Positions 28,612 to 37,805 of a DNA stretch of 64,000 nt are shown piece after piece; positions within the stretch are counted from its first letter, which is position 1, and the number at the start of each line of letters is the position of its first letter. The notes beneath the pieces are model-generated. The model saw only the letters and a list, made by a program, of their open reading frames with translations, ran no database searches and had not been told where the DNA came from. Made by a program: the position numbers and the translations under genes. Origin of the DNA: Blastocatellia bacterium (lineage in GTDB: Bacteria > Acidobacteriota > Blastocatellia > UBA7656). The DNA lies in assembly GCA_963765495.1 (NCBI GenBank), contig CAVXWP010000008.1, positions 160,001-224,000 on the forward strand, in the 5' to 3' direction.

Positions 28612-31039
28612 CGGGAATAATGGAAAACCATTAAAGGTTGTGGGCAAGCCTTTTCGAAAGGTGGATGCGCGGGCCAAATGTACGGGGCAGACGCTTTTTG
28701 CCGATGATATAGTTCTGCCGCGCATGCTCTTTGCAAAGCTCCTGCGAAGCCACGTTCCGCACGCCCTGATAAAACGCATTGATGTGTCGAAGGCGGTCGA
28801 ACTCGAAGGCGTTGTTGCCGTTATCACAGGCCGCGATTTGCCTGTTCCATACGGCATTCTGCCTGTGAGTCAGGACGAGCACGCGCTGTGCATCGACAAG
28901 GTGCGTTTCATAGGCGACCCGGTAGCCGCAATCGCCGCCGTTGATGAGGACACGGCATTTGAGGCTATGGACCTGATAGAGGTCGAATACGAACCGCTCG
29001 AACAGATTGCCTCAATCGAAGACGCGCTCAGTATTGAAGAGCCTCGTATTCACGAATACGGCAGCAGCGGAAACATCCATAAAAAAGTCTCACTCGAATT
29101 CGGCGATCTCGAAGAAGGGTTCAGGGAAGCCGATCTCGTGCGCGAAGATGTCTTCTTTTACGAGGGAAACACGCATCTGCCTATGGAGCAGCACGCGGCC
29201 CTCGCTCATTACGACTCGGATGATAAGCTCACGCTTTGGAGCTCGACTCAGACTCCTCATTATGTTCATCGCGCGCTTGCAAAGACACTTGAAATCCCCG
29301 CGAGCCACATTCGCGTGATTGCCACTCCGAACGGCGGCGGGTTTGGCGGCAAAAGCGATCCGTTCAATCACGAGATAGCCGTTTCGAAACTGGCTATGAT
29401 CACCGGCCGACCCGTCAAGATCACGCTCACACGCGAAGAGGTCTTTTATTGTCATCGCGGACGACACCCGGTGCTGATGTGGGTCAAGACCGGAGTCAAG
29501 CGCGACGGCGCTATAACGGCCATGCATTTTCGCACTGCGCTTGACGGCGGCGCATACGGCAGCTACGGCGTGGCGAGCACCTTCTATACGGGCGCGCTCC
29601 AGACCGTTACATACAAGATTCCTCGATACAAATTCGAAGGCGTGCGCTGTTTTACAAACAAGCCTCCCTGCGGACCAAAACGCGGGCACGGCACTCCGCA
29701 GCCGCGATTCGCGCTCGAAGCCCATCTCGACAAGATTGCCGAAGAGCTTGGCCTTGACCCGTTTGATATTCGCCGCAATCATCTGGTTCCTGCCGATTCG
29801 GTGACGGCTAATTATTTGCGCATAGGCAGTATGGGCCTGGGCCGCTGCATCGACAAAATAGTTGAGGCTTCCGGCTGGAAAAACAAATTCGGAAAGCTTC
29901 CTTACGGTCGCGGCATAGGCATGGCCTGTAGCTCATACCTGAGCGGCGCGGGGTTGCCGATTTACTGGAATAACATGCCGCATTCAGGCGTTCAGCTTCG
30001 ACTCGACCGTCAGGGAGGCGTGTGCGTAATGTGCGGGTCTACCGACATCGGGCAGGGGTCGGATTCCATACTTGCCTACATCGTAGCCGAAGTGCTTGGC
30101 ATCGACCCGTTCGATATTCGCGTGCTGACTGCCGATACCGATCTGACGCCGGTTGATCTGGGCAGCTATTCAAGCCGCGTCACCTTGATGACCGGCAACG
30201 CCGCCTTGCAGGCAGCCGAGCGCGCCCGTGAACTTCTGACTATCGCCGCCGCTGAAAAGCTCGGCGCGCCGATCGAGAATATCTCTTTTGCCGAGCGCCG
30301 CGTATTCGATGTAGAGAATCCCGACACGAGCCTGACCTTTGCCGAAGCCGTTCAGCTTGCCGAAGCGAAATACGGAACCATAGGAACGGTTGGTTCCTAT
30401 ACGCCTCCGCGTTCTCCTGGCAAGTTCAAAGGAGCAGGCGTAGGCCCTTCTCCCGCTTACAGCTATTCGGCGGCGACTGTTGAAGTAGATGTTGATCCAG
30501 AGACGGGCATCATCACGGTCGAGCGCGTCTGGATAGCCCACGACATAGGCCGTTCCATCAATCCTACGCTCGTAATGGGGCAGGTCGAAGGCAGCGTGTA
30601 TATGGGGCTGGGAGAAGCCCTGATGGAAGAGATGACCTATCGCGGCAATCGAAACGTGGTTCACAAATTTCCGTCTCTGCTCGAATATAAGAGCCCGACG
30701 ACGCTTGAGATGTGCGATGTGAAGACGATCCTGGTCGAAGACCCGGACCCCAACGGCCCGTTCGGAGCGAAGGAGGCAGGGCAGGGGCCGCTGCTTCCGA
30801 TACCGCCCGCGCTCGTCAATGCGGTCTATGACGCGGTAGGCGTTCGCATCGATGAAGTCCCGGCCAGTCCTGAAAAAGTGCTGGCTGCGATTCGCGCAAA
30901 GGCTCAGGGCAAGGAAGGCCGTTTCGGGCCAAAGACTTTTCCCGACATCGAGTGGCCCGCGCCTTTGAAAGTGCAGACGCCCGAAGAAGGAGGCGACGGG
31001 CGCGAGATGCCGCGCGAGGCCGTCCACGCGAGGGATTAG
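28598..31039 (+). CDS. molybdopterin-binding large subunit, xanthine oxidase family (HcrA-like)
   Basis: GGGFGGK, RGHGTPQ, DIGQGS, YSSRVT, GQVEGS, GAKEAGQ. Confidence 0.9.
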   Translation: MAMNNGNNGKPLKVVGKPFRKVDARAKCTGQTLFADDIVLPRMLFAKLLRSHVPHALIKRIDVSKAVELEGVVAVITGRDLPVPYGILPVSQDEHALCIDKVRFIGDPVAAIAAVDEDTAFEAMDLIEVEYEPLEQIASIEDALSIEEPRIHEYGSSGNIHKKVSLEFGDLEEGFREADLVREDVFFYEGNTHLPMEQHAALAHYDSDDKLTLWSSTQTPHYVHRALAKTLEIPASHIRVIATPNGGGFGGKSDPFNHEIAVSKLAMITGRPVKITLTREEVFYCHRGRHPVLMWVKTGVKRDGAITAMHFRTALDGGAYGSYGVASTFYTGALQTVTYKIPRYKFEGVRCFTNKPPCGPKRGHGTPQPRFALEAHLDKIAEELGLDPFDIRRNHLVPADSVTANYLRIGSMGLGRCIDKIVEASGWKNKFGKLPYGRGIGMACSSYLSGAGLPIYWNNMPHSGVQLRLDRQGGVCVMCGSTDIGQGSDSILAYIVAEVLGIDPFDIRVLTADTDLTPVDLGSYSSRVTLMTGNAALQAAERARELLTIAAAEKLGAPIENISFAERRVFDVENPDTSLTFAEAVQLAEAKYGTIGTVGSYTPPRSPGKFKGAGVGPSPAYSYSAATVEVDVDPETGIITVERVWIAHDIGRSINPTLVMGQVEGSVYMGLGEALMEEMTYRGNRNVVHKFPSLLEYKSPTTLEMCDVKTILVEDPDPNGPFGAKEAGQGPLLPIPPALVNAVYDAVGVRIDEVPASPEKVLAAIRAKAQGKEGRFGPKTFPDIEWPAPLKVQTPEEGGDGREMPREAVHARD

Positions 31040-31053
31040 AAAGGGAACTAGTT

Positions 31054-31629
31054 ATGGCTACACATTCAATGCCTCGTTACACCCCGGAAGAGTACCTTGA
31101 AATGGAACGCAAGGCCGAGTTCAAGAGCGAGTATCTGGACGGGGCTATCTTTGGGATGGTTGGGGCGAGCGAGCCGCACAACCTGATTGTTGCAAATGTG
31201 CTTGCCCGTATCCATTGGCAGTTACTAAATAGTCCTTGTAGGGTTTACTCAAACGACATGCGTGTTGACATCAGAGAGCACGGGATGTTTGCTTACCCGG
31301 ATGTGGTGGCGCTGTGCGACAAGCCTGTCTTTTCTTGTGAGAGAAAGGACAACCTGCTCAATCCGGCGTTGATCGTCGAAGTGCTTTCCAAATCGACCGA
31401 AGGTTATGACCGGGGAGAGAAATTTGTCCGTTATCGCAGAATAGAATCCCTCGTAGATTATGTTTTGACCGCTCAGGACAGGCATCATCTGGAGCATTAC
31501 GTCAGACAGGATCGAGGCTGGTTGTTTACAGAGACAAACAGCCTGGAGGATTCGATTCACCTGTCTTCTATCAACTGTGACCTGCCTGTGAAAGAGATTT
31601 ACGACAAGGTTGATATGGCCGCGCAATGA
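31054..31629 (+). CDS. Uma2/DUF820 family putative endonuclease
   Basis: TPEEYL..KSEYLDG, YPDVV, IVEVLSKSTEGYDRGEKF; start reset to MATHS. Confidence 0.9.
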   Translation: MATHSMPRYTPEEYLEMERKAEFKSEYLDGAIFGMVGASEPHNLIVANVLARIHWQLLNSPCRVYSNDMRVDIREHGMFAYPDVVALCDKPVFSCERKDNLLNPALIVEVLSKSTEGYDRGEKFVRYRRIESLVDYVLTAQDRHHLEHYVRQDRGWLFTETNSLEDSIHLSSINCDLPVKEIYDKVDMAAQ

Positions 31630-31668
31630 TCTGATGGATGACCCGACGCGGGAGAGACTAATACCGTT

Positions 31669-32664
31669 ATGATGAGGCTCCCTAAATTTGAATATCGCAT
31701 ACCGCGAGAGATTTCAGACGCGGTAAGGATGCTTGCCGACGCGGGCGGGCAGGGGCAGTTTGTCGCCGGAGGCACGGACCTCTACCCGAATATGAAGCGG
31801 CGGCAACAGACACCCGCCACCGTTATTTCCATTATGCGGATACCTTCGCTGGGCGAGATTCGCGGAGACGGAAAATCGGGGATGGTGATCGGGTCATCGG
31901 TTTCGCTTACGGAAATTTGCGAACACCCGACTATCAATCGCGATTACCCGGTTGTGGCCAGCGCGGCCCGCCAGATCTCTACACCGATACTTCGAAACAT
32001 GGGAACCATAGGCGGAAACCTGCTTCTGGATACGCGCTGCAACTATTACGATCAGAACTACGAATGGCGCAAGGGCATAAATTTCTGCATGAAAAAAGAC
32101 GGCGAGATTTGCTGGGTCGCCCCGAGCAGCCCAAAATGCTGGGCCGTGCAATCTTCAGACCTTGTGCCTGTGATGGTGGCGCTTGGCGCAAGAGTGCGGC
32201 TGGTTTCGACCCTCGGCGAAAGGATGGTTGACGCGGCGGGGCTCTACAACAACGACGGCATTGATTATCTGCACAAGAGACCCGACGAGATGCTGACTGA
32301 AATTCACCTGCCGCCCGCAGGTGGAAAGCGCGCCGTTTATAAAAAGCTTCGCCGACGCGGCGCATTCGATTTCCCCGTGCTTGGTGTAGCCGCCTCGCTC
32401 GACGTGGACACGGACGGTATGGTGCGCGAGGCAAAGCTTGTTCTGGGAGGCGTCGCCCCGGCTCCTCTCATAGTAAAAGAGGCCGAAGAATTTTTGATAG
32501 GCCGCCCGCTTGACCAGGAGCGGATAAATCAGGCGGCAGAGGCGTGCTACCTGAAGGCGCGCCCCCTGGACAACACCGATTTTCTGATGAACTGGCGCAA
32601 GCAGATGACTCGACCTTTCGTTTTGCGCGCGCTGGAAGAAATATACCGTACCGATTCAAAGTGA
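31669..32664 (+). CDS. FAD-binding medium subunit with extra [4Fe-4S] loop (HcrB-like)
   Basis: AGGTDL, RNMGTIGGN, insertion C-x16-C-x7-C-x8-C (CNYY...CMKK...CWV...C), RRRGAFDFP. Confidence 0.88.
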   Translation: MMRLPKFEYRIPREISDAVRMLADAGGQGQFVAGGTDLYPNMKRRQQTPATVISIMRIPSLGEIRGDGKSGMVIGSSVSLTEICEHPTINRDYPVVASAARQISTPILRNMGTIGGNLLLDTRCNYYDQNYEWRKGINFCMKKDGEICWVAPSSPKCWAVQSSDLVPVMVALGARVRLVSTLGERMVDAAGLYNNDGIDYLHKRPDEMLTEIHLPPAGGKRAVYKKLRRRGAFDFPVLGVAASLDVDTDGMVREAKLVLGGVAPAPLIVKEAEEFLIGRPLDQERINQAAEACYLKARPLDNTDFLMNWRKQMTRPFVLRALEEIYRTDSK

Positions 32665-32736
32665 AAACGGGTGAAGATGGGAAAGCCTTCCTGTCTTTTC
32701 CTCTCTTCACCCTTCGGAACAATGTAGGAGCAGAAA

Positions 32737-34411
32737 ATGCCGATTACTATCCTGCTCGCTGACTCAAGTGCCACAAACAAGAAGCTGGTCAAACGTACGC
32801 TAATAAACGAGGGAATGAGGGTCCTGACGGTTGATGACGGGGAAGCTGCAATCAGGCGGCTGAGCGAAATCCGGCCCGATCTTGTGATCGCCGATATATC
32901 TTTGCCCGGAAAGAACGGCTACGAGCTTTGCGAATTTATCAAGAGCGATACTCGGTTGCAGAGCGTGCCGGTCATACTGCTTGCGGGAGCATTCGAGCCT
33001 TTCGACCATTATGAAGCCCGCAGGGTCAGCGCGGACGCTCATCTGATCAAGCCCTCTGAGTCGCGTGTGCTGGTCGAGGTCGTGCGTCGGCTCACCCAGG
33101 AGAAGACCGCGACCGATAAGCCTAGGCAGTACCTCTTATCGCCTTTCAACGTTGAACCCAGGTCTTCTCGAAGCAAACTGGAATCGAAACAACCGGCCGT
33201 CCTTGATCTTAACCTTTCAAGACAGAAAGAACCCGAAGGGCGCGCTTCTGAGGACATAACTCCGGCTCAGGCGACCTCAGAGGGAACGCCAGAATACTTT
33301 GAAAAGTATGAATTGCCGGAGGACGAGCGTCAGGAAAACGGTGGAGAGCAAATCGTCGAGAATCAGAAGGAATCGGCGATTGTCGAACCAGTTATTCTGG
33401 AAGAGAGGTTGCCGACTCCGCGCGAAACCGAGCAAATCGGGCGTCGAGTCATGTGGGCGGCGCTGGCGTTTCTGGTTCTTGCCGTGACGGCAGTATTGCT
33501 CTATCAGGTTATTGCATCCAGGCAGGCGCGATCAGGAAATCTTGCCGAGTCGGTCAATCTGCCGATAACTCTACCGGCTGACCCGGCTCCGATTATTCCC
33601 GGGGGGGAATTGCCACCCCCCCCTGAGAGCGTAACAACAGGCGAGGACATTAAGCCCGAGGATACTAAGCGCGAAGGTGCTACGGTTCTCAGAAGAAACC
33701 TCGCCTGTCGTGCCTGCTGCTGACGATAAGCCCGCAGCAGACACGAAATCGTCTGTTGATGCAGGCAGGCGGGGCGAGACATCGGCGAAAAAATCGCGCG
33801 CGCGCGCCGTTGCAAGGGTAAAAGAAGCGCCCGCGCGTGCGCCGCGCCAGCCGGAATCCAGAGGGCTTGCAGTAAGGATTGCCCGCGCGCTCGATCTGGA
33901 AAACCGGGGAATGCTCGAACAGGCCGAGGCGCAGTATCGCTCTATTCTCAAGGATTTTCCTAACGACCCGACCACAAGATTTTCTCTCAACCGGGTGAGG
34001 AAAAGGCTCTCGACTCGACGCGAGCAACAGAACAAAGATATCAGATTGCTGCGCGAGGCGGGGTTGAGCAAGTTCAGGAGAGGCGATTATTCGGGAGCCG
34101 TAAACGATCTTTCAATCGCGGCGAAAGCCGGTCTGACAGACACGTCTGTGCTCTACGCGCTCGGAATGGCATACCTGAAAACGGGCCGTCTGGCCGAAGC
34201 GCAGTCGGCCCTGAATAGTTGTCTTGCGGCCACGCCAAATTATGCGCCCGCTATCGTAGGGCTTGCGCAGGTTAAGGCGCGCGCGGGCAGAAATGATCAG
34301 GCAGTTGCATTGCTCAGACACGCGCTCGTGCTGGGCGGCGGGGCCGAATATTCGCCTGACCGAATAAGAGAGATGATCTCGCACCTTGCGTCCAATCAAC
34401 AGGTGCGCTGA
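32737..34411 (+). pseudogene. receiver domain - TM - TPR protein split by a +1 frameshift (ORFs 32737-33723 and 33677-34411)
   Basis: N-terminal REC (LLADS, ADISLPG, KP), TM segment, linker ending in atypical ACRACC*; overlapping +1 frame continues the linker and TPRs. Confidence 0.6.
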
Positions 34412-34432
34412 TCCTTACTAATTTGAGATTTG

Positions 34433-34776
34433 AAATGATGCGTGATGCGTGACTTCAAGGAAACCTGCCTGTTAAAGATAATGTGCAAGGCCAGCAGGTC
34501 ATACCAAATCTTTTCAGATGACGACGTTTGACATTCGAATTCGTAAAATCATAATGATTTTCATCACGCAGGTTAGAATACTTGAAATAGGCCGGGACGG
34601 CCGCGGATGCGGCGGATTAGCGCGGATTAGACCTTATATGATCAGATCCGCGTAGATCCGCCGCATCCGCGGCCGTCCCGGCCTATTAAGGCAAGCCTCC
34701 CGTTCAAATTATGGGGCTATGTGATCTTTATCATCTCTATCTGGATAGATTTGGTATCACGCATCACGCATCATTT
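34433..34776. repeat. GATGCGT inverted pair (20-bp perfect arms) enclosing a second element
   Basis: aaatgatgcgtgatgcgtga at 34433-34452 / tcacgcatcacgcatcattt at 34757-34776. Confidence 0.88.
34582..34687 (+). mobile_element. gene-less (MITE/REPIN-like) relative of the GxxExxY element
   Basis: ~42-bp arms aataggccgggacggccgcggatgcggcggat...; shares outer ttgaaataggccg and asymmetric inner ends (ggattag / atgatcagatccgcg) with 843-1398. Confidence 0.75.
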
Positions 34777-34798
34777 GCGCTTTCCAGAGGCGTCTGAT

Positions 34799-36040
34799 CT
34801 ATTCGTATCGCAGGGCTTCAATCGGGTCGAGGCGGGCCGCCTTCATCGCGGGCCACAATCCGAATATAAGTCCGATGCTTGCCGATACGCTCAACCCCAT
34901 AACGGGAGCCCAGGTTGGAACATAGACCGGCAAGATCATGTTTATAAGAAGGCTGAGCAGCCAGCCTATCAGGATGCCAAGCAATCCGCCCGCGCCCGTA
35001 AGCGCCATGGCTTCGATCAGGAATTGCCAGAGTATGTCGCGGCGGCGCGCACCAATCGCCTTGCGCACGCCTATCTCTTTTGTGCGTTCTGTTACCGATA
35101 CGAGCATGATGTTCATAACGCCGATTCCGCCTATTAGAAGACCGACGCTTGAGATCGCAAACATCAACAAGGCTATCCCGCCCGTGATCTGATGGAACTG
35201 TTCGGTGATCGCATCTGGCGAAGATAATCCGAAATTGTCGTCGGCGTTGAAAGGGACCTCGCGGCGGCGGCGCAAAAGCTGGCGCACTTCATCCATAGCC
35301 TGATTCATCTTTCCGTCCTGGGACTGCGCCATTACGAAATGATCCTTCTCCTGCGGGTACATCTTCTTCATCGACTCGTAGGGGACATATACGGCGCGAT
35401 TCTGATTGCCGCCGTCGTTTTCACCCATAAAGAACGAGTCCTGTTTTTGAAGCACGCCGATTACCCTAAAAGGCTTGTCGTTTACAAGAATCTCTTTATC
35501 GAGCGCCTGAATGTGCGGAAAGAATTTGTCGGCAATGTCTGCGCCTATGACGCAGACCTCCGAGCGGTGCTGATTTTCGATCTCGGTAAAGAACCGCCCT
35601 TCGGCCACGTCTACCGATGCCATGCGCTCATAAATCGGCAGGGTGCCCTGCACTTGAGTCACATAAAGCTCCTGTTCCTGATATCGCACCTTCGAGACAT
35701 CATCGGGGCTGAGAAAGGGGGCTACATACTTGACCGAAGGGCATTGTTCCTGGATGGCAACTGCGTCTTCGTATGTGATGGGCTTTCGCATGCGTTCTTC
35801 GCGCGAGAGGCGGCCTGTGTGGATGCCCGGGTTGAATTTGTATATAAAGATTGTATTGGTGCCGAAGACCTCTATGTCCTGTTGAAACTTCTTATCCAGA
35901 CCGGCAATAAAGGCGGCGATGACCATCACGGTCACAGTGCCTATTACCACGCCCAGCACCGTCAAAAAAGAGCGGAACTTGTGCGCCCGAAGCGTTGCGA
36001 GCGCCATACGGATGCTTTCGCTCATGTCCTGCCGTTTCAT
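34799..36040 (-). CDS. ABC transporter permease, MacB/FtsX family
   Basis: RSFLTVLGVVIG, GGIGVMNIMLVSVTERTKEIGVRKAIGA, PIEALRYE. Confidence 0.93.
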   Translation of the reverse strand: MKRQDMSESIRMALATLRAHKFRSFLTVLGVVIGTVTVMVIAAFIAGLDKKFQQDIEVFGTNTIFIYKFNPGIHTGRLSREERMRKPITYEDAVAIQEQCPSVKYVAPFLSPDDVSKVRYQEQELYVTQVQGTLPIYERMASVDVAEGRFFTEIENQHRSEVCVIGADIADKFFPHIQALDKEILVNDKPFRVIGVLQKQDSFFMGENDGGNQNRAVYVPYESMKKMYPQEKDHFVMAQSQDGKMNQAMDEVRQLLRRRREVPFNADDNFGLSSPDAITEQFHQITGGIALLMFAISSVGLLIGGIGVMNIMLVSVTERTKEIGVRKAIGARRRDILWQFLIEAMALTGAGGLLGILIGWLLSLLINMILPVYVPTWAPVMGLSVSASIGLIFGLWPAMKAARLDPIEALRYE

Positions 36041-36083
36041 AATAATTCCTGGTCCTCTTAATTATATTCTAACGAGCGGCGCA

Positions 36084-37304
36084 TCAATCGGCCCTGAGCG
36101 CCTCTATCGGATCGAGTTTTGCGGCTTTCCACGCCGGATAGATGCCGAAAAACAGCCCGATGCTTGCCGAAACCGTCAGCGCAATGATCGTCCAGGCGAT
36201 TGGCAGTGCCGTGGGCAAAGAGAAAAAAATGGTCCCAAGTTTGGCCAGCCCCCAGGCGAGAGCCACACCCACGCAGCCGCCGAAGAGCGAAAGCATGGTG
36301 GATTCGGCCAGAAACTGTTTGAGAATATCGAAGCGGCGCGCGCCCAGACTTTTGCGAATCCCGATTTCGCGGGTTCGCTCCGTGACCGACACCAGCATCA
36401 TATTCATAATCACTATGCCGCCCACGACCAGCGCGATTGAAGTCACCCCGACCGTGACTATCGAAACGGTCCCGAAAATCTGCTCGCGCAGGTTGTTGAT
36501 AGCATCCGAAGTGATGATGCCGAAATTGTCTTCGTCGTGATAATCCAGATGTCTGCGCCCGCGAAGAATCACCCGCACTTCGTCTTGCGCTCGATCAATT
36601 ACTTCCGGCCCCGTGGCGGCCACTTTCAATGAAAGCGAGCCCCGCGAGCCATATATTTTCTGATATGTCGAGATCGGTATGATGACAAAATTATCCTGCG
36701 GATTGCCAAAGATCGTGCCGATCTCAGTTGCGACCCCGATTATGCGAAAGGGGCGTCCGTCCACTTTGATCTCTCTGCCAATCGGGTCAACCACAGGGAA
36801 GAACTGGCTCACTATCCCGTAGCCAACGAAACAGACATAGCTGTCCTGATTCTCTTCTTCCTGACTTATATAGCGCCCCGTCTCAACCTTGACCGTATCG
36901 ATGTCTACCATGTTGTGAGAGACGCCGCGCAGTTGAATCTCTTCCAGCGAATTGGTCCCGTACTTAACATCGGCTCGCCGGTTGGCCATCGCCGCCGCGT
37001 CTTTCACATAGACGGGATGCTCTTTGATGGCTTCCAGGTCTTCCATCTTAATGTCCTTGTTACGCTTGTTCTTTTCGAGATATTCCTGGAGGCTCGTGAT
37101 CATACCGAGCTTGTTTACAACGAAGGCGTTTGAGCCGAGATCGGCAATCTTTTCGTCTACGTAGTGATTGAATCCTTCTATCAAAGAGACGACTACGATG
37201 ACCGTGGCTACGCCGAAGATAATACCGAGCAGAGTGAGAAAAGAACGAAGTTTATGCGCTCTTATCGCGCTAAAAGCCAGCCTTAATGCTTCACGAAATT
37301 TCAT
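36084..37304 (-). CDS. ABC transporter permease, MacB/FtsX family
   Basis: RSFLTLLGIIFG, GGIVIMNMMLVSVTERTREIGIRKSLGA, PIEALRAD. Confidence 0.93.
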   Translation of the reverse strand: MKFREALRLAFSAIRAHKLRSFLTLLGIIFGVATVIVVVSLIEGFNHYVDEKIADLGSNAFVVNKLGMITSLQEYLEKNKRNKDIKMEDLEAIKEHPVYVKDAAAMANRRADVKYGTNSLEEIQLRGVSHNMVDIDTVKVETGRYISQEEENQDSYVCFVGYGIVSQFFPVVDPIGREIKVDGRPFRIIGVATEIGTIFGNPQDNFVIIPISTYQKIYGSRGSLSLKVAATGPEVIDRAQDEVRVILRGRRHLDYHDEDNFGIITSDAINNLREQIFGTVSIVTVGVTSIALVVGGIVIMNMMLVSVTERTREIGIRKSLGARRFDILKQFLAESTMLSLFGGCVGVALAWGLAKLGTIFFSLPTALPIAWTIIALTVSASIGLFFGIYPAWKAAKLDPIEALRAD

Positions 37305-37544
37305 AACTATTAATCCGTAACGGGGTTAGAATGCGAAAACGCCAATCAGGTTGCCCCATTTCTAAACGACTATCGGCCTGGATAAGTTCAGTATTGTACG
37401 CATGCCAAATGCGGTCTCTTCACAAGCGCAATTTTGCTCTCCGAGAAACCAGCGATCACTAAAAAAGTATGAAATTTCAGATTCGAAATCTCAGGTGTGG
37501 ACGGGCGAAAGAGTCTATTTCCCCAGCGTACTTGACATAAAAGC

Positions 37545-37573
37545 TTGATTATCTCAAGCATGGCTCATATAAA
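37545..37573 (+). promoter_or_regulatory. sigma-70-like promoter for the kinase gene
   Basis: TTGATT-N17-TATAAA about 230 nt upstream of the kinase start. Confidence 0.45.
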
Positions 37574-37805
37574 TTTACGGGTCGCAGAGTCTGAGCGTGG
37601 CCGCCCCGAAGCAGACGCATCCGGTTATCGAGACCTGCACAGGCTTTGCAATCACGCGCGGCTCACCTTTCAACGTGAGATGAGAATATTGAGGCCCGCG
37701 AGATACGCCGGATATTGAGAGAGAATTCCCGGCCTATTCCGCATATTTACGGGGCCGCTAACTATTCCTTCTTTACCAGTGCAGGACATAGACAGGTTTG
37801 GAGAT

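Noticed and set aside
33598-33623. G and C homopolymer runs as the phase-variation site of the REC-TPR frameshift
   Set aside because: The +1 frame has a TAA at 33632-33634 downstream of the runs, so slippage there would not fuse the ORFs
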